From Nitrospirales bacterium (GTDB taxonomy: Bacteria > Nitrospirota > Nitrospiria > Nitrospirales > UBA8639), in the NCBI GenBank assembly GCA_965203295.1, contig CBDBCZ010000014.1, positions 736,001 to 800,000 on the forward strand: a stretch of 64,000 nucleotides of DNA, read 5' to 3'. The notes under the pieces are model-generated. The model did no database searches. It saw only the letters and a list, made by a program, of their open reading frames with translations, and was not told the DNA's origin. This document shows positions 34,520-47,612 of the stretch, piece by piece. Position numbers and translations under genes: made by a program. The stretch's first letter is position 1. The number at the start of each line of letters is the position of its first letter.

Positions 34520-36273
34520 TATGTGTAACATTGTAACAATACCGTGTAGGTCCAGTATTCGAGCAGAATGATGGTACTATGTATAACCACATCATGCTAA
34601 GTATTGTGTTACTGTGCTACATACAAAATGTTTACAAGGCAATTTGCAACTGTTAACTGGTAGCTACACTGTAAGAAATGTTTTGATTTTTTAGGTTCCA
34701 CTACAAGAAATGGCTGTGTATCTGACCGTACAGGTACACATGAAAACATCCATGAATAAACAACTGCCTACGTACTCCCATGTACATACCATATTGATTT
34801 GATCATGGTGTTTTCTGCAAGCCCTACATTGCACATATGTAGATAATGAACAGTTTTAAGTCTGTGAGTTGAGCTGAAACATAATTATGGAGTTCAACAA
34901 CTTCTGTTTGCATGTGAACACTATAGCCTCACCCCTGAACCCTATCCCCACACCACATTTACAATTCTGTAATAGAGTCAGCTATTAATACAGAATTGTA
35001 GATGAAACTACATTTGTGTGTGTAATTTGCTGGGTATCGTGAATAACTCCAGACTGACCATTATGGTTTGCATATCTCTTGCCTGTTTTATTTCTCCATT
35101 TCCTTTTGACCAGACAAGCACAAGGTATGGGATCTTCTTATACCCCTTCAATGTGTAGTTATAGCTCTTCAGAGCAAGCTTCTATATAAACAAGCAGAAA
35201 AGTCATGAAATATACAGGTACAATAAGTAAACAAGTAGTTGCATTTTTGAACGCCTATTTTTATCACATCACTGTATTCAAAGCGCTGTATTTTGAAATT
35301 TCTGTTAAGGACAAGGCTTATTATACACTGCATAAATAGCTGCTGCATTTACACAGTGCATTTGAGCCCTGCATGCCCTTAATAGAAGCTCAGCTACAGC
35401 ACTTGATAGCAATTTGAATGCGGTTATTCGACTCCCACACGGGACTGCCAATTGTATGATCCCCATCGCTCACCTCGCTCGCTCTGTGTACAGATATAAA
35501 TGAAATGTGTTACCCCATGTGATTAGGAACATTTCGCACCTGCCAATAACAGTAGTGCTGCTGACTGAGCCACGAGGAGGCAGCTCCACATTCAGGCCTA
35601 AACATTGTGTTGAAAATTGACTTCATCACAGTGGGGGGAAGTGCTTAGTATGTGTGCACACCACATATGCCAGTGACAGTAGACTATACTGTAGCGGCCA
35701 GATTCCTGCCTAAGATGCTACCACAGCCACGTGGCTATTAGATAGAGTGTTGATATCACAAGACGATTAAGAATCATGTCACACATTAGTCTTGTGTTCA
35801 GACTTTTGCTCTTCACCCTCACTGAAACAGTGATGCTAGCTGTGAACCCCTGGGCTGCCATACTATTGAGTCATGCAGAACAGACCTAGTATACCTCAAT
35901 GTTTAGGGGGTTCCAGCCCCACACTGGCTTATGGCATGGCTGTATTCAATACAAAGTGTTTGGCATTCTTGTATGGTTTCAGAAGTTCTATAGTAGGTAA
36001 ATCCATATCATCTTGTACATGTGCGTAGCTACACAATCTATAGCCTAGACACGATTACCTCACAGTAAATCCTCTTAATGACACCGAACTCCTGAACCAG
36101 TATATCAAATGCCTTATCCAGCACTTGCATCACCATCCCCTTCTGATGTATGGGGCCACATTCCTATGAGATACAAAACACTAAAGTGATTCTAGCTCTC
36201 ATAGCATATTTGGAACTAAGCAAAGTGTCCTTAATACAGAGGTGTCTTTATTTCAGGGGTGTCCATTAATTAA

Positions 36274-36412
36274 CCCTTTACCAACCACAAGAAACAGCTT
36301 AAAGCAGAAAAGTGGTACAAAGTATTAACGCCTAGTATTAACCCCCCCATATAAATTAATATGGGCTTATGGGAGATCATGACACGTATATGCGTCATTA
36401 GTTGGTAAAGAG
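36274..36412. mobile_element. piggyBac-like MITE with TTAA TSD, nested in another MITE end
   Basis: ttaa-ccctttaccaac...gttggtaaagag-ttaa. Confidence 0.65.
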
Positions 36413-37529
36413 TTAATTAAAGAGGGTTTCTCTGTAAATACCATATTGTCTAGTAAGTCTCACATAGATGGCATCTTCACAACTGTAAAACTCTTGGTAA
36501 GAATAAATGTCGCCCTACATATGTATGTACATAGTTGTACATGTACACGTATATGGCTATACAGCATGAAAATACCATAGGTGTTTATATCACTACAAAC
36601 CAGTGACAATACCGCTGCAGTCACACAGTATTGAAGACTGAATTGCTATCCCCTTGAAATGGTAGTACCGCCACTGATGAAATTGTATGGGAAACTGGCA
36701 GCTCATCTAATGCAAAGTATATCACTGAGCATCACTTTCAACGTAAACACTAGAAGATTTGAATGTGAAACCGCATCCAAAGCCCCACGTAGCGTCATCA
36801 CTGACGAAGACGTTTGGGCTGCCAGCACCACTGTCAGGCAACACCATGACAGAGACTCTAGACTGACAGACTGTCACGTTCAGCTTGACTAAAAAATGAC
36901 AGACTGACACAGCTTGCATGAGAATGCCATAGCTTGGCATGCAGCTTGCAAACTACATATAGAAATTTTATGTTATATTACTCTTCATGTTAGATTGCTT
37001 GCTTGTCTGCTTCGCTTCTCACTGTCTGAGCACCAGCATGTAAACCCTGTCATGTGTTGTACATGTTGTTCATTCGTACCAGGTAAAGACCCAGTATTGG
37101 TCAAAATATTGTGTACAAAGACGTTAAAGCACTGTTTGATTGACTCCTCTCAGAACTACACCTCTGTTCATGTGTACTACTAAGTAGTATTATAGAATAT
37201 TGTATGAAAGTATTATACAACAAACACTGCATGCTATTTACCCTGACAAATACAGAAAAGAATAGCTGGCTACTGAGCTCCTGTGGACAAGAAAGTGAGT
37301 AAGAATGCTATAAATTCACAACTCTTAAAATAAGTCAGCCATTGCCACAGAAAGATATAGGGGATTGCAGCAATCAGTTACACTACTTTGTGATAAATTA
37401 ATAATGCTGCAATAGCTACAAACAGGAAGCTTGACTGTAAATGCTTGTCAGAAACAAACTGTGGCCCTCCCTCTAGTTCTGATGTCACAGGTATACTGCT
37501 ACATTGCATATTGTTCTTGCATGACATTT

Positions 37530-38016
37530 TGTATTAACCTCGCTCTCAACTCTCTGCTTATGGTGGGGTTAAGCAATAGGTTTTGTCAGTCTGTCGTCTG
37601 TCCCGTGAAAAATCGAAATCATGAGATTTACATGATGAAACCATTGCTAAACCTGACTTGAAATCCAACAAAGGTACCTGCGTGTACCTGATAGCAGCCA
37701 CAGCAGTTCTATTTGCAGCTCTTTTCTACTTAACATTGGTATGGAGAGGAGCTTGTGATTGCCATGAAGTATGGTTCTCCATTGTAACAAGTAGAATATG
37801 ACAGAGGCTGGGCATACACGGACTCTGTACACATGTTCATATTGGCGTACGTGTGCATAGAGAAGTGTCTGTGTCATTAATACGGCATCGGTCACGCCCA
37901 CAGATAGGATACGGTCATACACAAGCACTGTACATGCACAGCTAGGTAGTCCATGCAGGATCCCATTTGTATAAATTATGCAGCGTGGGGTATGTCTCGT
38001 CTAGAGACATCTAGTT
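37530..38016 (+). mobile_element. Diverged DINE-1/HINE-like element
   Basis: ggggttaagcaataggttttgtcagtctgtc ... gtggggtatgtctcgtctagagacatctagtt. Confidence 0.6.
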
Positions 38017-38256
38017 TTCATTATGCAGAGCAGCTGAGCTAGGAAAGAGGAGTGGGTACTATACATTACGTATTCTGTATACTGCACACAAACCAGATGG
38101 GGATCATGTGATTGCTATACGTATAAAGCCCCTAAGCCCAATCAGTTCTTCAGTTGACCCCGAGGAGCTCCTAAGATGCTACAAGGGTGAACTGCAGGAA
38201 ATTAAGCAGGTCTTCAACTCTAGCCTGACCACTCACGTTTTATTGCACACTAAAAT

Positions 38257-39033
38257 GTACAAGTACTTGCGCTCGCTTCGCTCGCGCAAGTACTTGTGCG
38301 TGTTCAACTCGCTCACTCTGTACAGATAGAAATGAAAAGTGTGACCTCTGTGATTCGCATGGAACAGTATAGCATCTTCTGCCAATGAAGCAGTGCTTTT
38401 GACTAAGCCACATGTCAGTGTTGAAAATTGACTTGTCACAGTGGGGGGTAAGTATATAGTACGTGTGTACACTACATTTCTTTTAGAAGCCAAAGCATGT
38501 ATTATGTAATGTCCATGTAGTATAGCTATCATATGGAATGTGGAGCATCTGCCAGTGGCAGTAGCCTGGTCGAGACTTTGACAGTAGTTTCTGCCTGAGC
38601 CATGTGGAGGCAGCAACTCAAAGGAGAGACTGCAAATAATTACAAAGCTATACCCACATCAGCACATGTAGGCGAATGGAACTGACTCCATTTAATGCAC
38701 ATCGTCGTTTGTCTAGCGTAGCAGTTACAGCTGTGCATGGTTTGCACTTACAGGACTATACAGCCACTAACTTTCGCAATAGAGCGCGCTCGAAGTGTTA
38801 ATTTGAGGCTATCATGATAATACCGTCAGCTGTTATATAGAGCATCCTAACGCACGCAGCGGTCGAAGTCGTCCCAACGCATGCAGCGGTCAAAGTACTA
38901 ATTAGCAATGTACACATATGATGACGTCACGGTCTTCTCGCGTATTCTCGCGCAATCGAGGGTGATGATTAGCGGACGTCACATCCGTTACACACAGACA
39001 CACACACGGACAGAACTAACGTTAAAGTATTGA
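38257..39033 (-). mobile_element. Non-autonomous Helitron/Helentron-like element, family B (uninterrupted)
   Basis: Homologous to 15808-17286. Partial relatives at ~35470-35760 and ~56950-57440. Confidence 0.7.
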
Positions 39034-39344
39034 CAGTGAGATAAATAGTCCAGCCTATGATTAGGAGTGCAAACCTGGACAATTTTGGCAGCGTTTTTCT
39101 TCTTGTTACAATGTTTAGCCTGCCTCTCTACTTCGTCTGCTGTCCTAGTGAAGTGTGGACCCTCTCCTGTGATAATCCATAGCTAGCAGTCTTAAAAATG
39201 ACATTTTAAAAGTAACCTTGCAGTATCAAGAGTGGACATACATAATAATTGTAATAAAACAAATGCAGGGAATTGGGGGGACAAACCTGAGAGTAAACAT
39301 GCTGATAATTGACCAATTTTATGTATGAACATAATACAATATGT

Positions 39345-39492
39345 ATGCAGTGTATGTTATATTTGTACCATGGGTTTCAAGGTGTATGGGATTTGTACTC
39401 TAGGGCAGTTGTATGTAAGACATACAAGACATACAACTGCACGAGGGTACAAATCCCATACACCTTAGAAACCCATGGTACAGATGACTTGT
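39345..39492. repeat. ~145-bp imperfect palindrome
   Basis: tgtaccatgggtttcaaggtgtatgggatttgtac...gtacaaatcccatacaccttagaaacccatggtaca. Confidence 0.85.
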
Positions 39493-39519
39493 GCCACAGT
39501 AGCTTTTATAGTGCCCGCT

Positions 39520-40028
39520 AATTACCCCGCGGCGCGTAGGCAGCGGCGGGGTTAAGCAATCGGTTCTTTCTGTCTGTCTATCTGTCTGTCTGTCTTTCTG
39601 TTGTCTGTCTGTCGCCTCAAAAATGGGCTTTTCTCGCGCTTTACCGGGTTAAGCGATTGCTAAACACGACAGTAACATTGTAATCCAAAAAAAAATGTCC
39701 GGGTGTGTACGTGATAGTTGCCAAAGCGGTTCCATTCGCTGCATCTGCAGCTCTTTCTTATTTAACAACGGTACATTCTGCCATTTTAATACGGTCACAA
39801 CTAGAATACGATAGAGGCCGAGAATATACGGACGCTGGTCACGTGTTCATATTGGCAATCAGTCACGCCCACAGATGCGCATATGCGAGCGCTGTACACT
39901 CTGCATGCGGATACACAGCCAGCGATATACACTTTGCCAACTACTCCATCGACCCAGTCTGCAGTCCTGCCAGCTCCAAGTTGTGAATTATGCACCGCGG
40001 GGTATGTTTCTGCTAGAAACTTCTAGTT
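39520..40028 (+). mobile_element. DINE-1/HINE-like element (family A relative)
   Basis: attaccccgcgg...ggggttaagcaatcgg, (tgtc)n microsatellite, cgcggggtatgtttctgctagaaacttctagtt. Confidence 0.7.
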
Positions 40029-40239
40029 GTTTCACAGTTTTCAGAAGAAGCCACAGTTGCCCAGCAACCCTCATGTACCCTAGGATACAAAGATGTACCC
40101 TGGCTTGAAAGGCACCGCCTAAGTACATGGGGTTTGTACACTATGGCGGTGCCTTTCAAGTGACTTACAACTATGGTACAAATTGTATTGTTATGCGTAC
40201 AACAGGGTTGCCGATATCAGAACAAACTGTGCTTTTTCC

Positions 40240-42350
40240 AGGAGTTGGAATCAGTAATTAGATATAACAGATATAGGAAAAGTGAATCAGTTTCTGGTAT
40301 GGATAAAATTGGGGCGGACTGTAAAAACCACTAAACAACCAAAAACGGGTGAATAATAAATTGCATATTGAACGGTTTCAGGATGAGGAAGTATCAGGAA
40401 ACCTTAAGGGTACATGTAGATTCAGGATCAGAATTAGTGAAGGCAGTGGTTCAAGACTGGGAAGATACAGCAAAGAGAAGAGCATCAAAAGAAATTGGGG
40501 ATAAGGGATAGTGTGTGGCAAAGTGGAAGGAGATGCTGAGTGCCTGGGTAACTACAGAGGTAATACACCATTGAATGTGGTAGGAAAACAGTTTTTGCAA
40601 GATTCTAAGTAATCGCGTAGTAGAATTAGAAAGGGCTCTTCATGAGGGAATGGCAGAATTTAGAGAGAACAGGAGTTATGTCTTTATTCTAAAGGAAATC
40701 ACACAAGGTAGAATGAGAGATGCTTACGCTTTCTCTTAGATGTGCATTTGACACAATTTTGCATGGTGGCTTATGTTTAAACTTATGTAGGATGTGGAGA
40801 AAAAGCACTTTACCAAAAAGTGCAAAAAGCAATCATGTAGGGATGCACTTCCACAAAAAACAAAGTATAACTTACACCACAATGGGTTCACAGATTACCT
40901 ACACATCACAGCCCAATGTATTACAAAATAGCTACAAATCACAGTGTAGTGCGTTTACAAAGACCATTTTGGGTAATGAGATGTAGGGAGGATGGTCTCC
41001 GTAAACACACTGCACTGTGATTTGTAGCTACCCTGTAATTCATTGGGCTGTGATGTGTAGGTAATCGGAGAACCCATTGCGATGCGAGTTATAGCTTGTT
41101 TCCTTTGTTTTTGTGGAAGTGCATCTCTACATGAATGCTTTTTGGTAGAGTGCTTTTTCTGCAACTTGTTTTGGGTGTTAATTTTTTAGGGGGAGGGTGC
41201 GTGCACCAAAAGCCATGTAGACTTGCATCAACCAAATTTAATCAGCCATGTGAGTAAGAGCATTCATTTTATAGCTACAGTTCGTGTCACTTACGCAGTA
41301 ATTAACCAGGCAACACAACTCGCGTACTCAGCAGCACAGGTCCAAGCAGTCTGCACGATCAAAAGGTAGGCGTTAAATAGACAAACACATGGTGGCAGGC
41401 AGTCTGCGCATGCGTATCCTACCAACAATGCCGTGTGAATGCCTAGACTATACCTACAACGGAGTTCTGAACATGTCATTTTATACGCAGTTAATGGAGA
41501 CGCCATTATTCTTTGGAGCCATCCCACTGCCGTACTCCATGATGTGTTATTACACAGAGTGCTGTTTTACAGGAGGGAGCAGGTCAGGGGGTGGCACAGG
41601 GGTATGGTGTATTGCCTATCCTATTTCCATAATAATTTATCAATCAGATGTTGAGAAGGCTGCGATTGGCATAGCTATTAAGAATGATGTTAAGGCTGAT
41701 GATTTTTAGGTTTAGCTACTAATGCTGAGGACTTACAAACGTTGATTAATGTAGTACAGGCGCTTGTAATGAGTGGAGGTTGAAATGTAACATAAAAAGG
41801 GCATATTTCAAAGAGATTGATACAGGTACATGTACAAGTATATGGAAGTGGGGAGATAAAAGACATTTCAAGGGTTGCAAGTTACTGTTACTTGGGCATT
41901 GTCAATCAATTAATCATTCTAGTATGTCTCGATTACTACTAGACAGTGAGTGGGAAGTGAATCTGTAGAGGTAAGCAGAGGAAGACCTGGAAAAAAGGTA
42001 TTAGTGAATCCTTGCTACCATTAAATCTAGATAGTCAGGAAGTATTAGCTGAAGATTACAATGTAAATTTGTTCGTAAAGAGAGTAGATGAAGAATTGAG
42101 AAATAGAGAGAATAAAGACTCTAATGATGGTTTAAACAGTAAAATTAAACTGATGTCTTTTTGTAAGGAAATAGAATTACTTGCAGGGGGTTGGGGATCC
42201 AGGAACATGACTGATGTTTAAGTATAGGTTAGGTACTAATAGTCTGAATATAGGAATTAGACATAGGGGTAAAAATGATGATAGGCAGTGTAAGTCATGT
42301 TGGGAAGAATGTGAGAGTGTAGTACATGTGCTCTGGGAGTGTCCTGTAAA
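40240..42350 (+). mobile_element. Degenerate LINE fragments (same family as 1250-3120), interrupted by a foldback element
   Basis: Matches the reverse complement of parts of 1250-2950 (attgaacggtttcaggatgaggaag; ggggttggggatccaggaac; gagagtgtagtacatgtgctctgggagtgtcc). Confidence 0.7.
40796..41163. repeat. ~365-bp foldback (long inverted repeat) element
   Basis: gaaaaagcactttaccaaaaag...gatgcacttccacaaaa...ctacaaatcacagtg, mirrored by cactgtgatttgtagcta...gtggaagtgcatc...ctttttggtagagtgctttttc. Confidence 0.85.
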
Positions 42351-42469
42351 ACATCTGGTTGCTCTTGTCTTCTGACTGGAGATATTATTATTGCTTCTTC
42401 CAGAAGAAAAACCACTCGCAGTACATCACCATACTGCTCCCATTGTCTTGTACTAAAGCCTACTAATCA

Positions 42470-43055
42470 CAAATTTACGTCACCGGAGGGAATAGCTGGT
42501 GGATGCTGATTTTCCAATACATTTCTTGAAGCCATTGTTTTCCACAAGCACTTCTAAACACACTAGGGAAGACTAGCTATATAAACTCTTTGATGACAAC
42601 ACCATTGGCTACACATGTTAAAAAGTATAAATGTTAAACCATAAACTATCAGACAAATAGAAGTGACCCACACATGAAGGTTGAAAGACAGAAAAACTAA
42701 ACAGCTGTCTTACTTGTGTGGGCGTAACTAAGGATTGTCCCAAACTAAATACTCCCAGCAGCTATAGTGCTAATTGTATTGTTAACTATCAACTCTATGC
42801 AATAAGCTAGCCTGGCCATCCGCACCATCTCTATATGTACTACACTAAATTTACGTCACTGGAGGGAATAGCTGGTGGATGCTGATTTTTCAATACATTT
42901 CTCGAAGCCATTGTTGTCCACAAGCACTTCTAAACACACTAGGGCCAGGAAAATGAAAACTAGCTATACACTCTTTGATGACAACACCATTGGCTACACA
43001 TGTTAAAAAGTATAAACGTTGAACCGTGAACTATCAGACAAATAGACAGTGACCT
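42470..43055. repeat. Local direct duplication of ~200 bp (42470-42668 / 42846-43055)
   Basis: aaatttacgtcac.ggagggaatagctggtggatgctg...ctatcagacaaataga occurs twice. Confidence 0.8.
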
Positions 43056-44975
43056 GATCAGTGATTTCAAATCCCAAGCAGAAATGATGTCTGAGAAGCA
43101 TATTCAAACAGAAGGTGTAGATTTTCGGGCAGACTTACGTATTTAATCATGACATTGACTGCTTCTTCATGCTTACTCATACTAAAACACTCACCCAGAG
43201 CATGGGCAAGCTGCCTGTGGACAATTATGTCAGCATATCTGCGGATGGGGGAAGTGAAGTGTGTGTAGAGGGGCACATTGAGGGCATAGTGGACAAGGGG
43301 TTACAAGAGAGTTGAGATTATAGGATCATACCGAGACACTACCAGTCCATCAACATGTATCGTACATACTTGTGCAGCCGTATCTCTAGGTCTGTGTAGA
43401 CATCACTTTATTAGAAATATTCCGAATCACTGTAACAGTGATCGTGCCATAGCACATTGTTTTTCAGCAGAACAGCATCATCACTTCTTATGTGTAACAG
43501 ACCAACTTTCAAAATGTGTATTTAGACCTAGACAAGCTTAATACATACTCCAGTCTTCCCATGCACACAGCTTTTAGTGCCTTTTTCCACTGCTGTAAAA
43601 CCTATATCATGGGAAGGCCTGGTTACAAGGATAGGCTATTGTGTTAACAATTATTCCCAAATTGCACTCCAATCCATGTGATCACCCATACTAAGCACTT
43701 ACGTAAAACATTTCTTTAGCCTGTGCTATTTCCATAGCCCAGTGCAGAAATGCTCGGGATTCTGTAAGTACAAACCTTGAGCTAAAGTCTAGTGAGGCTA
43801 AAAATGTAGGCTGTTCTCAGGACAATGAATTTTTGTATTTTCATTGATGATAGAGTACTCTATTATTGCTGATGTGTTAACAATCAGACCATACTTTGGC
43901 AAGGAATCTTCATTAGTGCAGGGTGTGGCTTCCATGGCTAGTGATATATACTGAGTACAGTAAGTAGGTGTGGAGACTTTAGCTTAGCCCCCCATTCTCA
44001 GAGGTCTACAAATTAGGCCCATCAGCAGAGTAGTTTGAAGTGCCAATTAAACTGCAATTGAGCACTCACTGCAATGGGCCACTTATAGTTCTAGTCTGGA
44101 GCAGCCAGCCCACCTGACACTTTGGTGCAATATATGTAGCTATCAGCACCACCTGGACTATGGCTTTACCATATATAGCTGTGTGCTAGCAATAGTTAGG
44201 CGTGTGTAGACAATGGCTGCTCTCTTTGGAGGCTAGATTGCTCTGCTCTGCGCTCTCTCAGTGTATCTTTCAACCAGGTTATTAGTAGAATGTGGTCTGC
44301 TATTGTTCATTCAGTTGGGCTAATTCAAGTCTATTCAACATGTTGTTCACCAGATTTAGTTAATTCTATTCATCTGCTGTGTCTCACTCTTCTCCTCTTG
44401 TCCGTTCTGTTTTTGTTGATAGTGCTCAAGCATGTAATTAGAATTTCATTGGCTACAATTTTTCGTATGGTAGACGCCATTGTAAGACCTGCTCCACTGA
44501 AGATGTTGCTTTGGGCTGGCTGATAAGAGAGATCTGTAGCACGCATGCTCCTAATTTCAGCTGCTCTGAACTGGACACTATTGTGTGTTCTGCCTCCACT
44601 TAACTTAATCAATGTTTTTACATGACATTGTACTTTCTATACATTGTACCTCTGTTGGTATGTATGCAATAATGATAATAACAATAATAAAGAGCCATTT
44701 GAAGTTGTGTTGTGGCCATAACTCTTCACAGAAAGGGCTACATATAAGAAGCTGTTATTTATACCTCCATAATCTTGGAGCAGAGCACCACTAGAATCAT
44801 CTTCTCCAGCGTACAGTTATCAGGGTTGTCACTACCACGGTATTGTACATAGCAGTTTAGGGAAGCCTGAATGGCAGCAGTACTGCTTGTGTCCAGATGA
44901 ATGCCTAGGCTGGCACACTTTGAAACCTGTGGGCACCAATAATCCTATGGTTTATGATATGCAGTATACATTATA

Positions 44976-45427
44976 CAATATAGCGGGAAATTTTGCCAGC
45001 TGGTAGCAGCGAAAAGCAAACGGGTGAAAATTTTTTGTGCTGACGAAGCTGTTTCTGCCAAGTGAATAATGACTGTACTAAGATACTTGCAAGTTCTACA
45101 ATACCACAGCGAGCTCACTGACCTTGCAAAGCAGAGCCAGACTGTTTGTAGCAATGGCCCGCGAAGCTAGCTGTACCGAAGACTATAGTCTCGCTGGCCC
45201 GCAAGACTACTGCAGGACCTTACTACTGGTGATTGACAAAAGGCGACAATGGTGGCAATTTCAGAACGATCATCAACCATGTTCTCTATTGCGTGCAACT
45301 TGGACATAACTGCATGTTAAACAACTTTGGAGATGCGCGCAAAAATAATTTTGGTAAACTTTTTCCCCAACACTTCGCAACTACATTCGGTGAAATTTGA
45401 CCCTGGTGCAAATTTTCCACTATACAG
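44976..45427. mobile_element. Tc1/pogo-type MITE, TA TSD
   Basis: ta-caatatagcgggaaattttgcc...ggtgcaaattttccactatacag-ta. Confidence 0.55.
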
Positions 45428-45786
45428 TAGTCACTGTGGTGCTATTACCTTTCAGGATCATATTATATTTTAATTATGATGGCTACATATTACATTCTCA
45501 GATTGTTACGTAGCTGGTCCAATTACTTACTGAAGCAGTGAAGGGGCTGGTTCCTGAAACTTTCAAAGTTGGGGCAGCAATATGTCAGCAGTCCCAGTTC
45601 TCAACTGGCAATGTGATTGATTGATGATAGAGTGAATTGCACAAGTAAACCCAATTTCAGTTAGAGCTTTTACTAAATATCAACAATTTATCCCACAATT
45701 CCAGTGTATATTGCCTGAAACCATTGTCACATTTGCACTTACTGAGTTCAGTATGAAATTACTGTAGTCGTTTCTTTTCTATGCAG

Positions 45787-46024
45787 ATATCAATGAATGT
45801 GATAGGGGCTCTCATGACTGATGCTAAAGCAGACTGCACTGACACCAATGGGAGCTACTTATGCACCTGCAGAGTAGGATTCAGTGGCAACGGCAACACA
45901 TGCAGTAAGAAGTTCTAGTGTATTCATTGATCAAGTGCATCCATTGCATTTTCTCCCTCATGATCAATAGGTTGTACTGATGGTCAGCTGATGTTAGCAA
46001 ATGGCTCCAGCTCCACAGAAGGCC
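45787..46024 (+). pseudogene. Orphan calcium-binding EGF exon (45787-45904, 2-nt deletion) plus truncated SRCR-like exon start (45971-~46024)
   Basis: DINECDRGSHD[C]DAKADCTDTNGSYLCTCRVGFSGNGNTC between AG/GT phase-1 sites. The next exon reads GCTDGQLMLANGSSSTEG and is then broken. Confidence 0.7.
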
Positions 46025-47422
46025 ACCGCCGCTCACGCTCACTCTAAATTCGTATGGGCAGAGAACGCAAGCACTATATAGGCTTAATTTTTTTCAACTG
46101 CCTGAAATACATTAATGTCTTGCAAGGCAATGGACCAGCAGAGATCTAGCTTCTCCTGCATGGACTCCTCTTTCTCTCCTCTCTCCACTGTTAACAAATT
46201 TACATATACCCTTTGTGCTAATAGTCATAGTAATTTAATTGGTAAACATTTATACAAATCTAGATTGCAACTTTAACTCTATCATCATTGTAGCTACTTT
46301 CACTCTTCCGGTTTTCCATGTTATTTTATTTATTGATTTGTGACTCCTAGTTTTAGGCCGGGCATTCTTGTGTATGCGTGTCACGAAAATAAAATATTCT
46401 ATTCTATAGTCATCAAACAGTACCTCCATAGGCTCAAGCAGATTGCAGTTTTATTAAACTATATTATGCTATAGTCTTACAGTGCGTACTTCTAATTGTG
46501 CTCAACAAACTGTCGACCCAGCATTAAGCGCGCGACAGCATACGGCATGCGCAGTTGCGCACATACAATAGTGTCTACATCAAGGGTAGAATGCACAGCT
46601 GGGGATTGAACCCATGAACCTTTTCAAAAACACAATGAGCCACTAGAACCCATGAGTAGTACCCAGCTTTACACTAGCCTTGTGCCCAGGCTCTTGCGGT
46701 GCCTGGGTGCTAGGCTATATCTAAACCTGCTTGTATCACACATACAAACGGGACTGCCAGTAAAGTGTACAGCTTACCCATAGTATACATTGGTAGACAG
46801 AGTACACATTTTCCATCCGCCTAGTTATTCTGCATTAGCGCTTCAACAGATTGGCCATGGTTATAACACTCAGTGAAATTAGTTTTATTGGCTTTGGCTT
46901 CACCTGAGCAGCCAATAAATCGCTTATCATTAATCGCTTTCACCTTGTGCTTAAACACACCTGCCAGTAGGAACTAGCCAACTTTCTTGCTATTATGCTC
47001 ATAATCATGCTCATAATCGCCTTTCTTGCTATTATGCTCATCAAGTATCAGCAAAGACACATCAAGTTGGAGCATAGTTGCAGGGAAGTTAGAACATCAG
47101 AGCATAGCATATCAATGATTTTGAGCATAATCTCCACAAGCCTTAGCTGTATACAGCACTACATGTAGCAGTCCCTCTGACATGTATGTATGGCTGCCAC
47201 AGTACAATACAGGCCTGCTAGAATAGCAGACCCTCCATAATTTTGTGAAAACAGGAAGGGTGGCAGGGTAGAGCGCAGCTAGATAGGGCTCTGGCTCTTA
47301 TATACTGAGAGGTTGCTTAAAGCACTTGTGGGTTTACAAGGCTACAATAATTGCTCATGAATATAATCACGCAAGTATGATCGCTTTTAGCTCTCTGCTC
47401 TAATGTTTTGTCTGTCCAGGAA

Positions 47423-47612
47423 TGGGCTAATATTCAGAGATGTGCTAATATTCAGGGGTGGGCTTACGTATATTCAGCAGTGGGCTTATACTCAGGAGTG
47501 GGCTTATACTCAGGAGTGGGCTTATACTCAGGGATGTGCTAATACTCAGGGGTGGGCTTATAATCAAGAGTGGGCTTATACTCAGTGTGGGCTCATACTC
47601 AAGGGTGGACTT
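47423..47612. repeat. ~20-bp minisatellite (gtgggcttatactcagga)
   Basis: About 9 tandem units. Confidence 0.85.

Larger units (their letters stand above)
33920..44926 (-). pseudogene. DIS3L2: DIS3L2-like exoribonuclease, C-terminal RNB + S1 exons: 44926-44765, 43761-43703, 43291-43195, 39166-39075, 37280-37242, 36163-36059, ~35181-35060, 34046-33981
   Basis: [96 protein letters not shown]. One exon is 59 nt (frameshift), the acceptor before HYALN lacks AG, and N-terminal exons were not found. Confidence 0.8.
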
